DNA of 63,891 nucleotides, filler included, from Collodictyon triciliatum (Eukaryota), in assembly GCA_043381765.1 (NCBI GenBank). It is 12 parts of 11 records of this genome, joined end to end, with 100 filler letters (N's around TTAATTAATTAA, not from the genome) between each part and the next. Parts side by side here need not be neighbours in the genome. Positions count along the whole stretch, not along the records: positions 55,809 to 61,301 come from JBHJMP010005149.1; positions 61,402 to 63,891 come from JBHJMP010005154.1; 10 more parts are not named here. One strand, written 5' to 3'. This document shows, in pieces, positions 58,548 through 63,891 of this stretch; the stretch's first letter is position 1, and every line of letters starts with the position of its first letter. The translations under genes and the position numbers were made by a program. Under the pieces are notes generated by a model. It was given only the letters and a program-made list of their open reading frames with translations, did no database searches and was not told the origin of the DNA.

Positions 58548-61212
58548 ATGAAGCTGGACGCAAACAAGTCTTTGGCTTTATCAGACAGACGGGAGGGCTA
58601 CCTCCGAGTCCTGGTTCTGCTTCTGATTTGTTCGGCTGGTGTTGGATCATTTTTCTGGTTTGTGAGCTTTAGCTAAGTTTGACGTTGAGCTTAGGAATAA
58701 GTCGCCATGTTGTAGAGTTTTTCCCCTTTATTCGTTTCCAAGCGCCACGTTGTAGAGTTTGGTATTTTCACTGATGAGAAAAAAACTCTTTTTTTCTATG
58801 TATGTATGTATGTATGTATGTATGTATGTATGTATGTATGTATGTATGTATGTATGTATGTATGTATGTATGTATGTATGTATGTATGTATCTTTTGGGG
58901 CGGACAACTAGCTTTGATATCCCAGTGGCTCTTGGTGTCGATATTCTTGATGTAAGAAATTTTGTAATATTTTCAAGATCGTCGAATATAACAATAAAAA
59001 AAGTTTCAAAAATAATAGTATTTTTAATTGCCGATTATTGATTTTTTTTATTCTCATCTCTTTTTTTTTTCTTGCAGCAAGCATATGATTATTATCCCCG
59101 AGAATGATACAACTAAGTAAAAAAAATAATAATTGTGTTTACAATAGGACATCTCCATCGACCGCTTCGAATACGGTGCTTTCTATAGCATTTACTTTCT
59201 GCCAAACGTGTTGATGGTTTTTTACGGGTCAAAAGTTTGTAATTTATTATGTAAATAATTCATATACCGATCGTTGAATCGAATAAAGGGGGGAAACATT
59301 CATTGGTCATGACTAAGTAAAACAGCCACATTTATCACATGCTTCACTATCTCATTCATCATAGATTCTGAATGCCATTGGAATTCGCTGGTGTTCAATT
59401 ATATACACAACTTTTGTACTTTTTGGTCAGCTTTTAATATCTGTTGGATATAGAGGGAAATCATACTTTACTTTGGTGATCGGTCGGTTGGCTTTCGGGT
59501 ATACCAAATGCAATTTTTTTTATTCCTTTTAAATCAAATAGATCTGCTATTTATTCGCCTTTTATATGTCTACATATCACCAATCAGATATGCAACATTT
59601 TAATACTACAGAGGCCCCCTTTTTAGCTGTTTTTTTAAAATTATTTGCAATAAATGAATAAAAGTAGATAAGTTAAAAATGAAAAACAGATTTGGAGGAG
59701 AAACGCTCGCTGTGATACAAAATGCTGCTGTTACAAGATGGTTTGGAGGTGAACGACAGAGCCAATCTTATTCCATCGTCTTGACTGTTTCTCGAATGGT
59801 AAACTATACTTTAAGAAACATTTTGTTTGGTATCACAAACTTCTTTCGAGAATTACAGTCAGATTCTATTTAAGCGATTTAATGTTAAGGGAAGCATTCT
59901 CTGTTTCGCATTTATTCCTTCAATAACTGAAAAGTATGGAGCTGAAACTTCGTTATGGATAGGTTACATTTGAGTCAATCATGTTTCATTATATATTTAC
60001 TCACTGCCCAATTAAAAATTATTTCACTCCACTCAAATACTTCCTTCCCTTGAATCGAATAAAGGAAAAAAAAATATTACACATAACTCGATTTGACAGA
60101 ACTACGCTGTCTCTTATGGAATTATTTATGCCTTTTATATATTACCAAAAAATAGGGAATTATGTGTGTTTCAGTTCGTTCATAGCATCTGCACTCTATT
60201 ATGTAATCGATTATCACTACAATCCTCAAGAAAGCATACAGGTTGTCGAGAAAATAAATGAAAGAAACTAGGAGCCTTTCAAATTGTCTCCCTTTTATTT
60301 TATTTTTTTATTCCTCCTTTCAATTTGCGTAGCAATTTTATGTATAAATTTTGAATGAGGTTCTCTTTTATACCTGTAAATATTTGATTTTTGTATCTAA
60401 ATTAGTCATTTTAATCATTATTATACTCTACTTTTAGGAAATAAATTTCTCTGATAATATCGACATGGAAACTCTGCGCAGATTGTCGCCAACATATTGG
60501 TGGGCAATATCAGGTTTTTTCCCCTTTATTTGATTCAAAGAATATCAGGTTCTTTTTGATTGCGCTTCGTCATATATGCCTTTCTTTCCCTTTTTGTTTC
60601 AAATATATAAAGTTACCTGTTAAGCTTGGTAATTCATTACATTATTAATCATATAAGCTTACCTGAATACCTGTCCCGAAGTTACAATTAGTATCTTTTT
60701 AAAACGAAACAATTAATTTAAAATGGAAAAGTTGGAATGTCCTTCTATATTTCGGTCTTTTGCTTTGTTCCATTTTCAGTGTAATTATCCAAGAAATCAA
60801 TATCAATAAATTTAAAACAGCCTGTAGTCTTATTTGGCCATACATCTTTGTTATGTTTTTCTCCATCCAGAAGCTATTACTGATTACCTCCATGAATAGG
60901 ATTTACCTGCAGGAGGAAAGAAATATGGCACTATTCGAGTCAGGGCTTGAAACGATGATAATTTTCCTAGTTCCCTTGATATTCGGGTTAGCATTGATAC
61001 ATTTAACGCTATCATACGTAAAAAGAAAAAGGTTTCCATTTTGAAATGTGACATAAATTTATTAAATATACGATAATCATCAGCAAAAAACCAGAATAAT
61101 GAATAGCCACCGCCCAATTTCTTTTATTTGATGATTTTTTGTAAAATTTTACGTCATGTATAGACCGTTCCTAAAGAACTTTGTCAACCGATTTGGAAAA
61201 AGAGGATATCTG
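58548..61212 (+). CDS. MFSD1: MFSD1-like lysosomal MFS transporter, 3'-truncated by the contig end
   Basis: LRVLVLLLICS, SFDIPVALG, FYSIYFLPNVL, IGIRWCSIIY..FGQLL..IGRLAFG/FGGETLAVIQNAAVTRWFGG..VSRM/GS match MFSD1 as recalled. Confidence 0.75.
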
Positions 61213-61426
61213 CGTCTGCTTAATTTTAATTTCTTTTTTTTTTCGGTTATTTGTTTGTTTCTATTTTGTTTTGTTTTGTTTTGTTTTGTTTTGTTTTGTT
61301 TNNNNNNNNNNNNNNNNNNNNNNNNNNNNNNNNNNNNNNNNNNNNTTAATTAATTAANNNNNNNNNNNNNNNNNNNNNNNNNNNNNNNNNNNNNNNNNNN
61401 NAAAAAGGAAGAGAGAGGGGAGGTTT

Positions 61427-61459
<33 letters not shown>

Positions 61460-61564
61460 CAGGAGATGGGGGGGGGGGGGGGGGGAAAAACTGTTTTGTC
61501 TCTTTCGTTATGCGAGAAAGAGGAAAAGGATGCGTGGAATTCAAATGGTTGATGCCTGCACTAG

Positions 61565-62716
61565 GTCCGGCACCACAGTCCGCCGTCACTTCCTGGAGGG
61601 GCGCGGCATTAATAGCAGCTATGCTATTTACCAGAATGCTACTGGTCGGGCAGAGAACCTGGTCAAGGCTCTGGGAATCGGGGTTGGAAGTGCACATCTT
61701 TATGAGACCACCTTGTAAGATTGCCCACATTATGCCCCATACAACCGCTTTGCTCTATGAAGGTAATATTCACTTGGTTCATCTATATCTCATCACTTCT
61801 CCCACTTGACTGTATAGTGAGAAGGAGGTCTACAGTGACCTCTATGGTGAGCGTGGCGTTCTGATGGGGGCTATCTATGGAATAGTATAATCCGTTTCCT
61901 TCAATGACATGGCTTTAACCAAATCCCTAATGCGATATGTAGTATGTGTTGAGTAATCTATCTGCATTATTTTGCTTTCATAAACTCAGTGGCTTGCTCA
62001 ATACCGCGTTCTCCGCGAGAAGGGCCACTCTCCGGCTGAGGCCTTCAATGAGACCGTGGAAGAGGTATTCACGAATATGAGTCAGCGAACGACCAAAGTT
62101 TACAAACACATGAACCTTGGATACACATAGCAATTCTAACCATTGCTTCTCATGTGACTAATGAACTGCCCTTTTCTTCACAACCTCAGGCCACTCAAAG
62201 CCTTTACCCCCTGATTGGTGAGAGGGGTATGGACTGGATGTATGCCAATTGCTCCACCACTGCTCAACGCGGCGCCCTGGACTGGTACAAGATCTTCTAC
62301 GAAGCCAACAAGCCAGTTTTCGAGAATCTCTACCATAGTGTGGCCACCGGAGCCGAAACGAAGCGGGTAAGTGGTTTTTCTTTCATATTGTTTTGTTCTT
62401 GCTTCAGGACCGTGTACCAGTTGGTCCTTTTGAAATACCTGTGAGGGTTAATACCAACGCTGCATAGACCTTGGATGTCAACAGCCGTCCTGATTACCGT
62501 GAACAGCTGGAGAAGGAACTTAAGGAGATCCGCGAGTCTGAGATGTGGAAGGCTGGCGAAGCTGTCAGGTCGCTCCGCCCTGAGAGACAGACCGTGAGTT
62601 TGCATGGATCTTTGCCATGATGCTTACAATAAGAATATCGCAACAAGAGGGAAAAAACACCCCTCCATTTACATTTAATCGTATGCACCTGTTTTTCTAT
62701 TCAGAACAAGAACTAG
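61565..62716 (+). CDS. ILV5: Ketol-acid reductoisomerase (fungal/mitochondrial ILV5 type), 3' part
   Basis: SGTTVRRHFLEGRGINSSYA..YETTF/EKEVYSDLYGERGVLMG..GHSPAEAFNETVEE/ATQSLYPLIG..GMDWMYANCSTTAQRGALDW..VRSLRPE. Confidence 0.95.
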
Positions 62717-62965
62717 ACCAATCCGGCACTGAGGGAGTCAAGGAACTTCATCAAACAAAATCTATAGTGTCTGATTTCTTGCTGGAGATGAAAAGCTCCG
62801 TGGTCTGACCTATCCATCAGCTAGCCCGGAGATTCCCTACTAGTTTTTCTTAATACCTCGTCTTGAACGTGGTCATAACTGTCAGAATAAAGAAGCACCG
62901 CAGAAAAAATACAACCTGTGAAGATGCGCATGCGTCCCTTGAGTCCCTCTTGCTAGCGGCAGAAT

Positions 62966-63891
62966 TTGCCCTGTACAGCTACACAGGGACTGTCCTTCCA
63001 TCCTCTCTACATGGCTAGGCTTCCGACCTCTTCTGTTGAAAACTGCAACCTTCCCACACGTGGCTCAAACCCTGCAAGTCTGTCTGAGCGGACAGTATTT
63101 TTGCACGGGGTCGGGCAAGTCGTTTATAACAAGAACAAGGCCCGCAGACTCACAGATGCGGTCGCCTCCTTCTTGAAAGCAAACAAACTTTGGAAAGAGT
63201 CCGTTCCATTGCGCTTACCGGACAGCGAAGGCCTTTGCCTGATCGCCCTCTGCACTGCAGAAAACGCCCGAAAGCTTCTGGAGCTGAAGCAGGCAAGTTT
63301 GAGCGATATTATGAGCATCTTCAGCAGAAGTAAACCAACAGACCTCGGCGATGCTCTACCAACTACCGCTGGACGTGTGGCCGCCACTTATTCGTGAGGA
63401 GCTGAAGCCGTTCAGACCGACCCACGTGGACATCGAAAAGGACAAAGGCTTCTTCACAGACACGGCCGTGATGAAGCTTCTTTGTCACAAGAACCAGCTC
63501 CCTGCAAAGTTTACGGTCATGGCAAAAAAGTGTCCAAAGCGCATCCTCAAAGAGCGTCCGCCAGCCACTAATAACGAACGACAAGTAAAAGCCCCGCAAG
63601 AGAATGCACCTGCCAAGCAGACAAGCAGCAACGGGGTCAAGGAAGCCAAGGCCAGGAAACAACAGAGTCCATAAGACTCACAGCAGATATGCGCATACAG
63701 CGACAGCGACCATGGCATGGAAGGAAATCTCGGTTCTTCAAAAATCTCGCACTCGAGCCATCCACCGCCAACACCGTACAAGCCCGCACATCGCAAGACC
63801 CAAGAGCAGTGCATCTCTAAACCCCGAAAGAAATCCCCCCTTAAACTACCCATTCAGACTGACGTGAATAGGATTAATATACGAGGCATCA
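62966..63891 (+). mobile_element. 5' part of a LINE: degenerate ORF1 running into the APE endonuclease start (NIRGI)
   Basis: Intronless. RRM-like LYQLPLDVWPPLIREELKPF, degenerate knuckle ICAYSDSDHG, then INIRGI at the window end. One frameshift (~63350) and one in-frame TAA (63672). Confidence 0.6.

Overview
Intron-rich genomic DNA from a microbial eukaryote (protist; lebercilin-like and RIIa-domain genes suggest it is flagellated). It uses the standard code and GT-AG introns. The window is not contiguous: 12 unrelated contigs of about 5-5.8 kb are joined by artificial N44-TTAATTAATTAA-N44 linkers, so adjacency across linkers means nothing. Host genes recognised by reconstructing exons are a lebercilin-like coiled-coil protein, a DH-PH RhoGEF, SZT2, a soluble adenylyl/guanylyl cyclase-like C-terminus, PAAF1/Rpn14, a GRAM-cNMP-PP2C fusion, an LRR-TKL kinase-SAM protein, GMF, a TLC-domain protein, the N-terminus of mitochondrial GPD2, an LRR-PP2C, an RIIa-EF-hand protein, an HpnA-like SDR, MFSD1 and ILV5. 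Contig 9 (45173-50112) stands out. It is intronless and densely coding and looks like an endogenous Polinton-like virus/virophage fragment: a penton-like gene, a phage-type fibre gene with tandem repeats, a convergent large ORFan and an AT hairpin between the converging genes. It is disrupted by nonsense transitions, homopolymer frameshifts and two LINE insertions, one a 47-bp stub with a perfect 16-bp target-site duplication. Other LINE fragments and several mini/microsatellite arrays are present. All family calls come from motif recognition by eye; no database searches were run.
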